A stretch of DNA of 64,000 nucleotides. Origin: Raillietiella orientalis. Its lineage: Eukaryota. The number at the start of each line of letters is the position of its first letter. Position 1 is the first letter of the stretch. Under the pieces are notes generated by a model, which worked only from the letters and a program-made list of their open reading frames with translations, searched no databases and was not told the origin of the DNA. Shown here piece by piece: positions 1-12,544 of the stretch. The stretch covers positions 1,488,001 to 1,552,000 of the forward strand of contig JAYWIR010000016.1 in the NCBI GenBank assembly GCA_036172245.1. The letters are read 5' to 3'. The position numbers were made by a program, and so were the translations under genes.

Positions 1-689
1 TTCTATTTGGTCAGTTCCAGGAACAAACCTTCGCTCTCGTTGGGAATTTTCAAGCATTTTTTTTTTTTTTTTTACTTTGGATCTGAGTCTCCTTTTGATT
101 CAAGTAGGGACTCAATTTTGTTATTTGCTGCGCCAATTTTGCATACAAAAAAAGAGTTGGTACAGCCATTTTGTTGCTTTCATGTAGCGATGTCTTCAAG
201 GCTGTCATCATGAGTTTTCGAAGCCGAATGGACAACGTTTTAGAAGGGCCATCCTTGGCGACAACGATTTTGGTTGGCATCCTTGTTGCTTCTTTCATTT
301 CGGTTTCTCCGTAAGATTCACATCATCCGTGGCACATTCGACAATCAGTTTTAAAAGTCTTTTTCCAAATTAATTCCGGAAAAACTACGACGAAATCTCA
401 TTTTATAATGGCGCAGTTCATAAGATAAGGCTTTGCATAACTGTGCGAAGCTCATCTTCTACGGCATGACTTTTTGCTTCGTATGAAGTTTTTCACTGCT
501 GAAGTATTGCTGCTACACGATATAACTGACTCAAATAAAAAAAGGTTCTCAATTCACTTTCCAATGACCCTCAGTTATCTTTTAAGGCATCAATGAGATA
601 GGTTTGAAACAGCATACAAAAATGACAATTTGCACATCTGTGAAGCATGCTGCCGAATGATGTTTCCTCCGTTTTCTTCAGTGCTCTCT

Positions 690-1130
690 CTTCCGGGTTG
701 AGAGCATTGTCCAGGTCATCCGGTTGGGCTGCATTTTTCCTTCTTACATGCGTTGCATAGATGCTGCCTGAGAAGCGGATGCAGGTGGCTGCCATCCGCT
801 GCCGTAGCCTTATCAGCTGCTTCTCCGGAATTCCTAGGTATTGTAGAACGTTGTCGTTTTGAGGATCCCATGCTCCAAGTGGGCGGACAAGGATCGCCTG
901 TACTTTGGTTATCTTCCCAGCGTTTCCGAGTTGGCATGGCGACATCCTGGTATCTGGCCTCCTTTATTTACCTAGATGTGGAGAACGCCTCCTTTCCGTT
1001 TTCAAACGGGCAGGAGATGTCCAGCACACAATGTACAGTGGGGTGATCACAGCTGTAGTGTTGAAAGGGATCACTCTTTTTCTAGCATCTCCAATGGTGT
1101 TTTCTAAACCCAAGAGTCAGGGATGGGTAG
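690..1130 (-). mobile_element. 3' fragment of RLE-type non-LTR retrotransposon (NeSL/Utopia/R2-supergroup), restriction-like endonuclease domain, degenerate
   Basis: Minus-strand translation, with frameshifts and a stop: VLDISCPFENGKEAFSTSR*IKEARYQDVA ... AILVRPLGAWDPQNDNVLQYLGIPEKQLIRLRQRMAATCIRFSGSIYATHV. This matches the D-x-x-x-PFENG...K..Y...LGAWDP.N...IY..H C-terminus of NeSL/Utopia-like RLE domains. Confidence 0.8.
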
Positions 1131-1559
1131 GAAGCATAATCTAATAGTTGCTCAGGTAGGTAAAACAAACCTCGAGTATGTATTACGACCAGAAAGGAAA
1201 TCAGGAATACATTTGACAGATATTTAAGATAGCTACAAGTCCCAAGGCTCTCCAAATGAAATGTTGTAAACCAGGTGTGCCAAACTCATTTCAACCACGG
1301 GCCATTTCATGCGACTCAAGAGCGGACCACATCACATTTACAAAAGCTTCTTAAAATTATATTTTGAAGTGAGGATTCAGGAATATCAATAGGATAATTA
1401 AAACACATTATGCAATGAAGTGAATTTAGTGTAATAATACATAATTGCTATATTAATGCTTTTATTTAAACATTTATTTGATTTGATGTATTTATAAAAC
1501 GAAATTTCATTTTTTTTACCAGAAACTTGCCAGTGTTTCCCTCCTACTAGTTTTTCAAG

Positions 1560-2610
1560 ATTTGGATTCAAAGACTAAGAACAAACAATCTTCACTGTGG
1601 CAGACAGATGTCTATCAGTTAATCTTGATCTGCAAGCCGTTTTACTCAATTTCATGCACGAGATTTCATGCACTCAGACAAGTGCGTACTCCCAAAATAG
1701 CGCAAAATTTGTGCGGCAAACTTTTTCATTTCCGGGTGTTTTTCACCTATATAAGAATATATTTTGGAAACTCCTACTTCCCCTTCCTACTTTCGGAAAA
1801 TTACAAGATGAATCTGGATATTCATCTTGTAATTATCCTGTTAGTCTTGACACGAATCCTTTCGTTTCACCCGTCATCGATTGGGCGCCGTCAGCTGTTG
1901 TCACGGAAACGAGCCATTTTTCTAAAATGCTCCATACGGCACCAAAAGTATCTTCACCAGTTGTGGTTCCGTGAGGAGGATTCAAATTTCCTGCAATTCT
2001 TCGGTGGTCCCCCATGTTGCCATCGCAACCACGGAAGAAGGAGGAGAAAAACAGCAACTCGTGCAACATCTCTTACATCCGCGCCTTCATCAGTCGCCAT
2101 TGAAAAGAGCTGGACTTTGCTAGATATTTGCCGTGGTTGTGCACTGACGCTATCTGCCATTTCAGTAATTCTGTCTGCCACCGTGTTTCTTGATGCTGAT
2201 ACATCTAGATATGATTGTACAGCCAAATTCGGCAGCTTCTACCATACACTCCTTGATTAAAGAACCATCAGTGGATGATTTTGCACGTTTTGCTAATGAA
2301 TAGCTTAATTCGCTCTTGTTACTAATTCATTACTTTTCATGAATTTTGTAAGCACTCGTTGCTGGCTGTTAAGTGAATCCTTCCTCGTTTTCCACTTTTC
2401 TTCTCTTAGGATTCCTTCGAAGCACGAAAACTGTTCTTCGTGATTCGTGCTGTAATGACGCTTCATGTTGTATTCTTTAGCGACACGAATTGATTCTTTG
2501 CAAATTTGGCATGTAATTTTATTGCTCATTTCCACACAAAAAAATAGCTCAACTCCCACCTTATCTTGAAATCTTCTTCCCTCGTCATCAATCTTGCGTT
2601 TTTTATTTAG
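1560..2610 (-). pseudogene. hAT transposase pseudogene (GTF2IRD2/EPM2AIP1-like), frameshifted and internally deleted
   Basis: Fragments ITCQICKESIRVAKEYNMKRHYSTNH (N-terminal zinc finger), SASRNTVADRITEMA...FSMATDEGADVRDVARVAVF (first catalytic D region) and FGSTHLSE (C-terminal dimerisation motif, about 1670-1700). The middle of the DDE domain is missing. Confidence 0.8.
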
Positions 2611-2777
2611 CGTTGAAAGTAACGTTTTCCGTATAAAAAATGGGAGTTTAAGGCAAATTTTAAAAATTCAAATAACCGCAACTGCTTGCATTTTTTTAAA
2701 AAATAAGTTATAAAAGAAACACAGTCCGAAAATCCTTGGCACGCCGAAAGGGACAAAGAAACTCGCGCAAGTGCCTT

Positions 2778-2802
2778 TCGGCCTTTTGGCTAAGATCAAA
2801 GT
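2778..2802 (+). pseudogene. U2: U2 snRNA 5' fragment (3'-truncated pseudogene)
   Basis: TCGGCCTTTTGGCTAAGATCAAAGT corresponds to U2 nt ~9-33 (ATCGCTTCTCGGCCTTTTGGCTAAGATCAA(A)GTGTAG). It is followed by TTAGAA-like simple repeats, not the rest of U2. Confidence 0.75.
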
Positions 2803-4917
2803 TAGAATAGAATAGTTAGAAGTTAGAATTCGAAGAAAATGTAACAAAAACTCGCGTTGTTTCTATCGCTGCATTTGGCACTTCTACTGGTCTCCCACGG
2901 TTGACCAATGCATGGCGGATGCCATAGCAACGACGCGACGGTCACTTGCTATTTTCTTCGTAACTTTTTCTTTTTTACATCTTAATTCAGAGCATCGCGG
3001 GCCACATGAAATCACATTGAGGGCCGCCAGTTTGACACCCCTGTTGCAAACACATGCTGGACCCAATTTACTATTAAGAATGCACATTTCAAAAATAAAA
3101 GTTCCAACTTGAAAGGCTAATGCCTTCATCCTACACAAAAAATAGGATGGGAAGAAATTTCAATGCAAGTTGAAACGATAGTCTGCCCCCAAAAGCGTAC
3201 TCATGACTGTTACAAAATTCAACTATAAATATCTGATGTTATTGGTAAATTCAAAGTCCAGTGCTCATTCATGTGCTTACATATGACTTGTGGAACCTGC
3301 CACCTTCCTGTATGTCACATGTTCATGGATTCTTTCCATTCTTACTTAAATTCGGACCTATTTAACAAAATAATTAATTGGAATTTTGGAGGAACTTCTT
3401 TTGGAAGATTTCATTTCTTATATTTCAGCTTTCTTGATCTCCAGTATCAAGAGCATTATTTCAAAAAATTTTGCAAACAGAAGAATATATGTTCTTTTGG
3501 TCATAGTTACTAAGAAATGTATATTTTGGAAATTGTTTACATTTGTAGGATGTGAAAAAAATCTGTTTTGGATCATTTGCTCTTTGGTTATGACGTCCAA
3601 ATTGCACATTTGTGGTTTTTTTATTCTCAATCTTATCAATTTCTTCCTAAATTGCAGTATATTTAAAGTGCTCCCTCCACACTTTTACAATCTGGAAAGC
3701 ATGTCAAAATATTACATATTTTTGCACCCATTCCATCCATTTTTTTCTCAATCTGAAATATATTTTCACTCTCTAAATCTGAATTGCAGGTGGCTAAGGA
3801 GTTTTGCATAAAGGCTGAATAAACACAATTGCACATTTGCATTTTTGTATATATTCATTAAAAAAATAAAATAAAATGCCACACTGCACAACTGTTTTAC
3901 TTGATGCTTGTAAAAATTACATTACCTTAAATAATATAAACAAAGTACTTCTCTGTAACAACCAATATGGGATGCAATTTATTTTTGAAAATAAACTTAT
4001 TATCACTGAATAGAGTTACAGACGTTTAGCAAGGTTGCAACAATAGTTTGCAAATTTATGTGAAGTAATGTCCTATACACTGCATACCAAGAATTTCACA
4101 GGTGGAATAATTCCTAATACTTCATCTCAGAAAACCAGTATCAACCCATTTCAAATAATTAAGAATACAAAGTGCTGGCAGGGCACTGTCACAAGAGTGT
4201 ATGGAACATCAAAGCTTTTGGAAAATAATATAAAATGTACTCATTGTATCACTGCAGTGATTTTAAATAACATTCAACTTTTAGTGGAAGTTGCTATTTA
4301 ATTTTACAGCATAAAACGCATTTCAAAATACTTTTCAGTTGACTAACATCTAAAACAAATAGAACCATTAAGTACAACAATACCAATCACATTTTTGATG
4401 GTAAAGTCATCAATTACGAAGACGCCAAGAAGGTAAAGGGCTAAACAACATTCGAATTATTAAATGAGTTTAGAAAATCTGATCACAGTTCCTCAATAAC
4501 TGAAAACACAGATGTCATATTCAAAAGCGTCCTTAATGCTAAGATGACGTACTTTAAAAACATTTTGAAGTACATCTAAACTTCATGCACATTCTGTGGT
4601 GAAAATGGGCCAAATATGGTGAGAAATGAATTTTGGAGTCAACATTCCTTTGCATTATGAATATGTCTGTAATAGGGAAACAGCATACACATACCAACAG
4701 GTTTCCATCCCAGTTATTTCACTGTCATGTTCAGAACGGATGCATACAAAATATACCATAATACCGGCTGTAATACTTGCCTCACTGCCCAAACAAACTT
4801 CAAACCCGAATGATGCATGATGCACATGAACACATGCACTACACCTACATGAACGTTGACCAACGAAAAACCTTGTGTGGTCACTCTCAAAACCGCACTT
4901 GGGGCGTCAAAATCGCT

Positions 4918-5259
4918 TTATTTCGAATATCTCGACGGCTGCACATGTTTCTGCTGTTGGAAGGGTTTCCCACCTCTTTCAGCAAAACGATGCTGGCGGT
5001 CAAAAGGTTTCCAACAGGTTCTTGCAGTGTTGGCTTTCCATGGGTACTGAACTGGCGGTGGCTCACTCAAGGTTTTAAATTCTCGATATTCTTCATCTTC
5101 ATCCGTGTACCTCTTCAGAAACATCTGGTTCAAGATCTTCATGGTTTCACTGGCCGAACTATGCGGTTCCTCGGTCGAAGACGCACACGGTGCTTCTCCT
5201 TCCGGGCCGCTTGTGGGATTCACCTCACGAGACATACAAATTCGCTGTTCCTCACACAT
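4918..5259 (-). CDS. RAMAC: RNA guanine-N7 methyltransferase activating subunit (RAM/FAM103A1)-like small protein, intronless
   Basis: LNQMFLKRYTDEDEEYREFKTLSEPPPVQYPW resembles the RAM core (EEMFASRFTE.DKEYQEY...PPIVE.W), followed by an R/G/Q-rich tail. ORF is intact; start is ATG 5259 or 5235. Confidence 0.75.
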   Translation of the reverse strand: MCEEQRICMSREVNPTSGPEGEAPCASSTEEPHSSASETMKILNQMFLKRYTDEDEEYREFKTLSEPPPVQYPWKANTARTCWKPFDRQHRFAERGGKPFQQQKHVQPSRYSK

Positions 5260-6174
5260 CAAACATCAGCGTCTGGGATTTCCGAGACGTAAACAACGGA
5301 TCTCTCGTAATTCCCACTGAACTCTGGAATTTTCGTACGGCGCTCGCATTTATCTCGATGACACTTCGTGGAAGCAGGCCCCACAGGCGCAGGCAGGCGA
5401 CCTATTTCGTGAGCTGCACGACATCCACGCGGTGGCAACCTACGGCTCCCACGCGATTCCTTCCCGTTGGTTAGGAGTTGCTTCCCCCTTGCACTTGCCA
5501 TGTGTACTGTTTCCTGTTTTTGTTTTTCTCCTGCTGTGCCGGCTATTTGTGTACATCCGTGAACTTTCAGTGCACTGTACAAAAGAGATCGACAGTCACT
5601 ACTCCAACACAACAAAGCTGAACACTAAAGAAAGAACACAAAAAGAAAACAGCGAACACAAAGGATGATAACGATTTTTAAACTCGTGAAGGTGGCTTAT
5701 TTCACTGAAATTTATCACTTTGGAATTTATCTTTGAGAAGTTGCACTGTATTGAAGATTGAGAGTGTGAAGAAAATTTGTATCGAAACGAAAACAATCGT
5801 TTTAGTGTTATTATACATGCATAAGGAATACTTGTAGTATGTTTCAGAACAGCTTTGAACTATACATGATGTATCATTAAAGCGACAAAAAAATCTTTAT
5901 TTCTGAAAGCTAATAAGATGCTTGTGTAGAAAATAAGCACTTTCGCCAATGACCGAATTATAACTTTTACGTAGAAATGGTTCTCGATAACGTCATATAC
6001 TACTGAATTGCATAAACGAAAAATTAGCACAGAGGTGCAAAATAAAATGTACAATCAACTAATAGGTATTTTATAAAAATTATTCATATATACATATATA
6101 AGTATATAAGTTTTATAATTACATATATAATTAGAAAAAATGTATCTTAATTTGATACGAGATGGTCATTCACG

Positions 6175-6218
6175 TTTTTTTCAACATATATATATATATA
6201 TATATATGTTGAAAAAAA
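6175..6218. repeat. Perfect 44-bp palindrome centred on an (AT)n microsatellite
   Basis: TTTTTTTCAAC-(AT)11-GTTGAAAAAAA reads the same on both strands. Confidence 0.85.
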
Positions 6219-9200
6219 ACTGCAAATGTATAAATGAAATCAGTATCAATACAACTCCTCACACTTTGCACTTCTTCTCAGTTTAATTCAATCTACTCTT
6301 ATTATTATCTACTAAAATTCAAATGTAATGTTTGCTTGGAAATTTTCGAAATGACTGCGAGACATATCTGTGATTGAGTACGAAGACCGAATTTGGCCGA
6401 AAAGAAATGAGATATTATTTTTTTCACTTCAAATCTTGCGTGCTATTAAACTTTGCATCATTCACATGAAACAGCACAAGAAAAGATACTCTTTTCCATC
6501 CGGATCTTGCCAGCTATCGGGAGTTTAGAAAAATTCCCCCTTACCCATGTTGATTAATACCACCGGCAAGGGAGATCAAATCATAGAATCAGTTTTATTC
6601 AAGAAGCAAGACTGTCCAGTGGGGAAAACAAAGGAAAAAAAAAAAACCCTATGCGTCTATAGTTTAAAGTTATATCGATCAAGGATTTTCTTTCAGCTGA
6701 TCCCGATTCCTCCTGACGAAGAGCGCCGAGTCAAAACATAAGCAGAAACACTAGGGAGGAAGGCAAACGCTTTTCAAAATATTTCAAAATGCCTTATTGT
6801 ATGAACTAATTTATAGTTCGTGCAACAGTTTCTCGAGATTGTGAGATTCGATTCGTAAGACTTCGAAATTCTTGAAATTACCGAGCGATGCAGACAATTT
6901 TTGAGAATAACACTGCATTGTATTTACTGTCAAATGCATTCCACATTTTTTTCACATAGGCTTAATCTTACTTAGGGAAGCAAACATTCAATTTAGATAG
7001 ATTTCGTTTTTTGTTGGGAAAAAAAAAAAAAAAATTACAATTCCTCCTCTATTTGTCCAGCCAGACTATGAAGTTCAGCGCCATCTGTTTCTAGCGTTTC
7101 TTCAGTCCGCTAAAAGGCATACCAAATTAACAAGCACACTATGAATTCAGACATTTTACATCGAGGATATTTCCCTTATGCAAGTAAAAGTTTTGGATGA
7201 TATTTATGATATGGACTTCTATATTGCCAGTGTATCAACATAGCATTAGATGGAAGTTCGGAAAAGTCAAGTTTCTCAATCTGTTTTACTGCCAATTTTT
7301 TACTTGCCTTACTGTTTAAAAAAAAAAGCAATCTGTCATCTGGATAATAAAATTAACTTCTGATCTCTTGTTTGCGAAACTCAAGCAATATTTCAAATGA
7401 ATTTTTGACCTAAAATGAGCGCATTGAAATCAAAGCAAAAAAATGCAATTTATACGAATCATATCTTTATGGTGTGCTATGTGTGGGGGGAGAAGCTTAT
7501 GCACCTGATCCTATTTTCACCTACAGACGTTTGATTCTATGCTTTTAATTTCCTACCAAGAACTCGACGTTATCAAAGCAGTATTCTGCTTCTATCGTGC
7601 TAAACCTTATGAGCAAACACTTCAATAGCTTGCCCGTGTTCTTTCAACTGACAATAAAGAAAATTTTGTGAGCAACTTCACTTCGAAGACATTTCAGGAG
7701 TTCTTTAAAAATCCACCCCGATTCCCTTCCATTAAGTTTTTCCATCTGCTGTAATATGACGTGAATTTTAAATTCTGGATCTCGCTGCCCTTGGCTGGTT
7801 GCTGTTCTTTCCTTCTGTGTCTGGAAACTTAAATTTGACCCTTTTGCTCGCCTACAGACAACGAGTTCCACGTTAATTTTGATGACTCCAAGACACGTTT
7901 GCATTAACTTTCAAAGCAGTCTGCTAGTCATTAGGACAGTGATCCTCTGATATATTTACCAGGGGAAAAAGCGGCAGCAGATGAATCTTCTAGGATGCTT
8001 CATCTGAAGGGACATGTATTAAGCACTTTTGACGTATTCACTGGGCACAATTTTTCATCGTTTTTCCTTTTAGAATCATGCAGTTCCAAGTTTCAAAAAT
8101 TTGCATCTAATTTATACCTTCATAATCTTGTAAGCCATGTCTCAGTTTTTCCGGAGTCGAAACAATTGGCTCCAACGAACTTTATTAGCAAAATCAAATC
8201 ACCAGATTCGGAAGCTTTCATGTAAATCTGTTTACATTTACTGAATGCACAAGAGCTTTTTCCGTAAGAATACATACCAAGATACGTTTCGAAATCGTAA
8301 ATTTCACGAAACCATCATACATTATGTAGACCAGCTCTGGGAACTCAGGAGCGACTCCACAACCAAAGTCCATACTGAGATTTAGCGAACAAGAGAAAAA
8401 TACTACAGGAAACGCAAGCTTTTATTCATTTTTACTATTCGACTTTCACCGTATCCACAAGAAGTAATTGAAGTCTGCCACTCTTAAGCTACCAGCGAAG
8501 GTAAATGGATTTCTTCGCGAGGGCTCTCGAGAAGACCCTGCTCACAGTATATACACAGTCATCAGTTGTTCATACAGTGTATAAATCCTTTACCTTATTG
8601 AACCGAGTCCTGTGAAGTTAATTATGTAACACAGATTCGAAATTGTAACCAATGATCATGCCTCGTATTGTGGACGGATAACATCAAATAGATAGATCGG
8701 ATATAATGCTTACTCGAAGTGCTCCTGCTGGCTAAGAGACTAAGTTGTAAATAACAGAGTGCAACACTTAGAAGGGAAAAAAAAAGATTAAATTGCAAGT
8801 GGGCTAAACACTGTTTACTGAACGTGACCGAAGCCTCAGTTGATTTGATAACAACTAGCAACTACTACTCAATGGATAAAAATGCCTTCGCAATTCGGCA
8901 TTTGCCTAGAGCGGTGTGCTGATGTGTTTACAAGAGGAATGCATACGTACATGCCTTAGACCCCAGGAATCTGGATTTATGTTGTACATATATTTTCATC
9001 TCCATCTACTCTTTTAAACACAGGTGTGTTTTGAGAGGGAGCTTTGCATATGTAGCTACCAAAAAGTAAACCATTGAGATTTTTAGGATAGTAGACAAAT
9101 TTTTATTTCACACACCAGGCACCAACTAAACTCGGTTGTTCCAACTGTATGCTAGAAAACACACTTTTACATAATCCACAAACATTATACCCGTGGATTA

Positions 9201-9745
9201 CGTTTTAAAGGACATTTTGATTTCAAAGATTCAATCCAGGCATTCCTCATACATGCATTAAAATTTTAATCCTCATCCCATGTAAATTACACGAAGTTAA
9301 TTGTAAATCCCAAGTGCCATCAGCATCCAGTCACAATTCATCGGGGTTAAATCCTGAGCACAAGCAAAATTCCAGTTAACAAATTCAGTTCTAGTATGAA
9401 GGTTATAATTTTTCTAAAGTATTGATTCAAAAAATCATTGATTCCATGTACCAGCAAATGTAATATTTAATATTCAAACTGCTTTGGAAGCAAAGGCATG
9501 ATTATTTAGTAATGGATGTAAAAATCAGATTTGATCTATAAAGGTAATGTAAAACATTTATTTAACTTTATTCCTTTTCTGGGTATAATTAGATTTTTCT
9601 CATTTTACATACTCTAGATGTACAGCATCAACTGTAAAGAATCAGTCTTACATAAATTCCCTTGTAAAGTAAGGAAGTCTTGCAAGTCTACTCCACTTGC
9701 ACTACTTTAAGTTCAGATTTCCTTATGTGACAACTCCATTGCAAC

Positions 9746-12317
9746 CTATTCTATTGCTTTGATTTGTAAAAGGAGGGCATTTTTAGCAACACTATCACCA
9801 ACACGAAACAGTACTTTCTCAACTATCCCACTGGCTGATGCACGCACCACATACTAAAAAATTTCAAATCTCATGACTGAATCAGTGCAAATGCCTTACT
9901 TCCATCTTCATTGCAATAATCACTACCAATGGATCACCAACATGAACTTCATCACCTTCCCGTACCTCAATTTTATCTACCACTCCAGGCATAGGGGACA
10001 CTGCCCCTCCTTTCTGGGTTTCTTGTTCCACAGGTTTTAAAAATTTTGGGACTGGAATGGAAAACCAACACACATCATCCTAAAAGAATACAGCACTCAT
10101 ACATGAATATACATGAACCACTTGAATTTTTGTTTACCTCTTCAAAGACAATTACATTGTCTTTGTATACAACTACTTGAGTTTGGCCCATATTTTCATT
10201 TATTGTATGCTTCAACAAATTATCATGCCAAGATGCACGAATGTGATATTTTTCATTGTCTAGTTCCATAAGGTATGCACTTTCATTCTGCCACAGAGTC
10301 ACATGGTAAGCTAAAAAAACAACAGTTCTCTTTTTGATGTCTTAAAAGATTACCATGATCCCGATGAAGTAAATGGCATATTTCTTTATGACTATAATTG
10401 AACCGTTCAGAAGATGCTGAATTAAATGGATCTGCAGATTTGTTAAGATATGCTTTTCTCTGCCAAATAACATATGCTGCAGCAGCCTTCAAAATGCTAG
10501 TAGGGGCTGGTTTTTTTGCCAACATCAGTTCTTGCATATGCTCACTGATGAAACCAGTATGCACCTGGGCCTGCTCAAATGAAGGATGACCAGCTAGTTT
10601 TAACAGGAAACCAACATTTGTGCTCAGCCCTGCAATCTTTATAAACCACTTAGCATCCCAGCTAGAAACTTCGTTTTTTATCACCTGATAGTGTGCTAGG
10701 CTATAAGCTAGCTTGCGGAGAGCACTGTGTCGATCCTCTCCCCAGACAACCAGCTTGGCAATCATTGGATCATAATGTACTGACACTTCATCTCCTTGGC
10801 GTACACCTGCACAGCAGTTTGCATGAAACTTCGATGGTCTAATAGGAATTACCAGTTTCTATCCTGACATCTGCACTTGGGAAAGGGCACTTGAGATATA
10901 CTAGAGGACCTGCTCTTGGCAAAAAATTATCATTTGGATCCTCTGCATAAATCCGAGCCTCAAATGCATGACCATGCAATTTGATTTGTTCTTGAGATAG
11001 AGGAAGTTGTTCTCCACTTGCTACCTATTATCCTACTGAAAATGATACTGGTTCTGCAAATGGCTTACTTTAAGCTGCCATTCAACCAAGTCAACACCAG
11101 TAATCATTTCTGTTATGGGATGTTCTACCTGGAGTCGTGTATTCATTTCCATGAAATAGAACTGCTCCTTAGAATCCATAATAAATTCAATGGTCCCTGT
11201 GATGTAGCTGCTTTTATGCATTTGTTCTTTCTAACTCTTTCTCACCTGCTCCTACATATTTCACGGCTTTTGCTGCTTTACATGCTGCCTGTCCTAGTAA
11301 TTTTCTTGTAGTTTCGGAAATCCCAGGCTATAAGCACAATTTATAAGAGCTCATGTAATCTTGAAGCTTACTGCAGGTGCTTCTTCAATGACTTTTTGAT
11401 GTCTTCGCTGCACACTGCAATCTCTCTCAAATAAGTACACATAATTGCCATGGTGATCACCAAAAACTTGTACTTCCACATGGCGTGGTTTTTCCACAAA
11501 CTTTTCTACTAGCATGACATCATCTCCAAAAGACTTCATAGCTTCTCTTTTGGCTGAATCCAGCTGGGATTCAAATTCTTGTTCAGTGAGTGCTATCCTC
11601 ATACCCTGAAGGTATAGATGTTGGGAGAACTGTTGGTGCATACTTTACCTTCCCACCACCTCCTCGAACAGCTTTTAGCATCACTGGAAAACCAATTTTC
11701 AAAGCTTCTGACTTCAATGTATCAATGCTTTGGTCTTGACCATGATAACCTATTATTACAGGTACACCTGCTTCAGACATCAACAGCTTTGAAGTACTAT
11801 TAAATACTGCTCATTTTTTTCAGCTTTGGCTGTGGTAAGCACCTATTTACCTTTTGATCCCCATATCTCTGATTGCTGAAGATGGAGGCCCTATAAAAAT
11901 GATGTTCTCTTTTTCACACAGATCTGCGAATTCTACATTTTCAGAAAGGAAACCATAGCCAGGATGGATAGCTTGTGCCCCTGATTTCTTTGCTGTAGCT
12001 AAAATTTTTTCCTTTTTCAAATAGCTTTCTTGTGATGGAGGGGGGCCAATCCTGTATGCTTCATCTGCCTGTTGCTCTTGTGATAGCTATCCAAAAAAAA
12101 AAAGCATCCAACTAACCATTTCAACATGCATGCTGTTCCTATCAGCATCACTAAATATTGCCACCGTCTTTATTCCCAATCTTTTTGCTGATCTGATGAT
12201 TCGACATGCTATCTCTCCACGATTAGCTATCAAAATCTTTTTCAAGTGAAGGGTCATTCTATTGAAAAAATTTTTGCTTTCTATAACTTACAAACCTAAA
12301 AAGGAAGGTGCTGACAT
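9746..12317 (-). CDS. MCCC1: Methylcrotonoyl-CoA carboxylase subunit alpha (biotin carboxylase + biotinyl domain), about 13 exons
   Basis: Spliced motifs [113 protein letters not shown] and IIAMKME (biotin lysine; the IAMKME context is typical of MCCC1). About 12 GT-AG introns of 33-57 nt, e.g. 12116-12069, 11850-11797, 11648-11606, 11371-11328, 11245-11197. Stop TAG at 9748-9746. Start is uncertain (12317 via a 33-nt intron, or 12257). Confidence 0.93.
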
Positions 12318-12544
12318 AATCAAACAAAATAACATTTCTGTCCTATATTACATCGACGTTAACGCATGACGGTGGCGATAGAAATGCAAAGACAAATTCA
12401 GCTGAAATGACTACTTCGGATCCACTATGTTCACATCTTTCGGTTACATTCGAAAGTTTCCTGCTTTGCTTAACGCAGTTGTGAAATCAATGGTAACATC
12501 CATATAAGAACGCGGGACTCGAATCTTACTTTAAAAAGGCTACA

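Larger units (their letters stand above)
1272..3043 (-). mobile_element. Decayed hAT (Charlie/SPIN/GTF2IRD2-like) DNA transposon with TIRs and 8-bp TSD
   Basis: Left end CAGGTGTGCCAAACT (1272) versus reverse complement of right end CAGGGGTGTCAAACT (3043), 13/15 match. Flanks TTGTAAAC (1264-1271) and TTGCAAAC (3044-3051) form an 8-bp TSD with one mismatch. Transposase remnants lie inside. Confidence 0.88.

Noticed and set aside
1..540. Short ORFs at the window start
   Set aside because: No recognisable motif, and context is cut by the window edge.
3060..4600. AT-rich ORFs 3271-3811 and 4068-4301
   Set aside because: Low-complexity translations with no recognisable motifs.
8120..8540. Minus-strand spliced frame interrupted only by TGA codons (recoding or selenoprotein idea)
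   Set aside because: No recognisable protein or SECIS, and the identified genes use the standard code (the MINDY4B-like gene ends in TGA). Probably chance.
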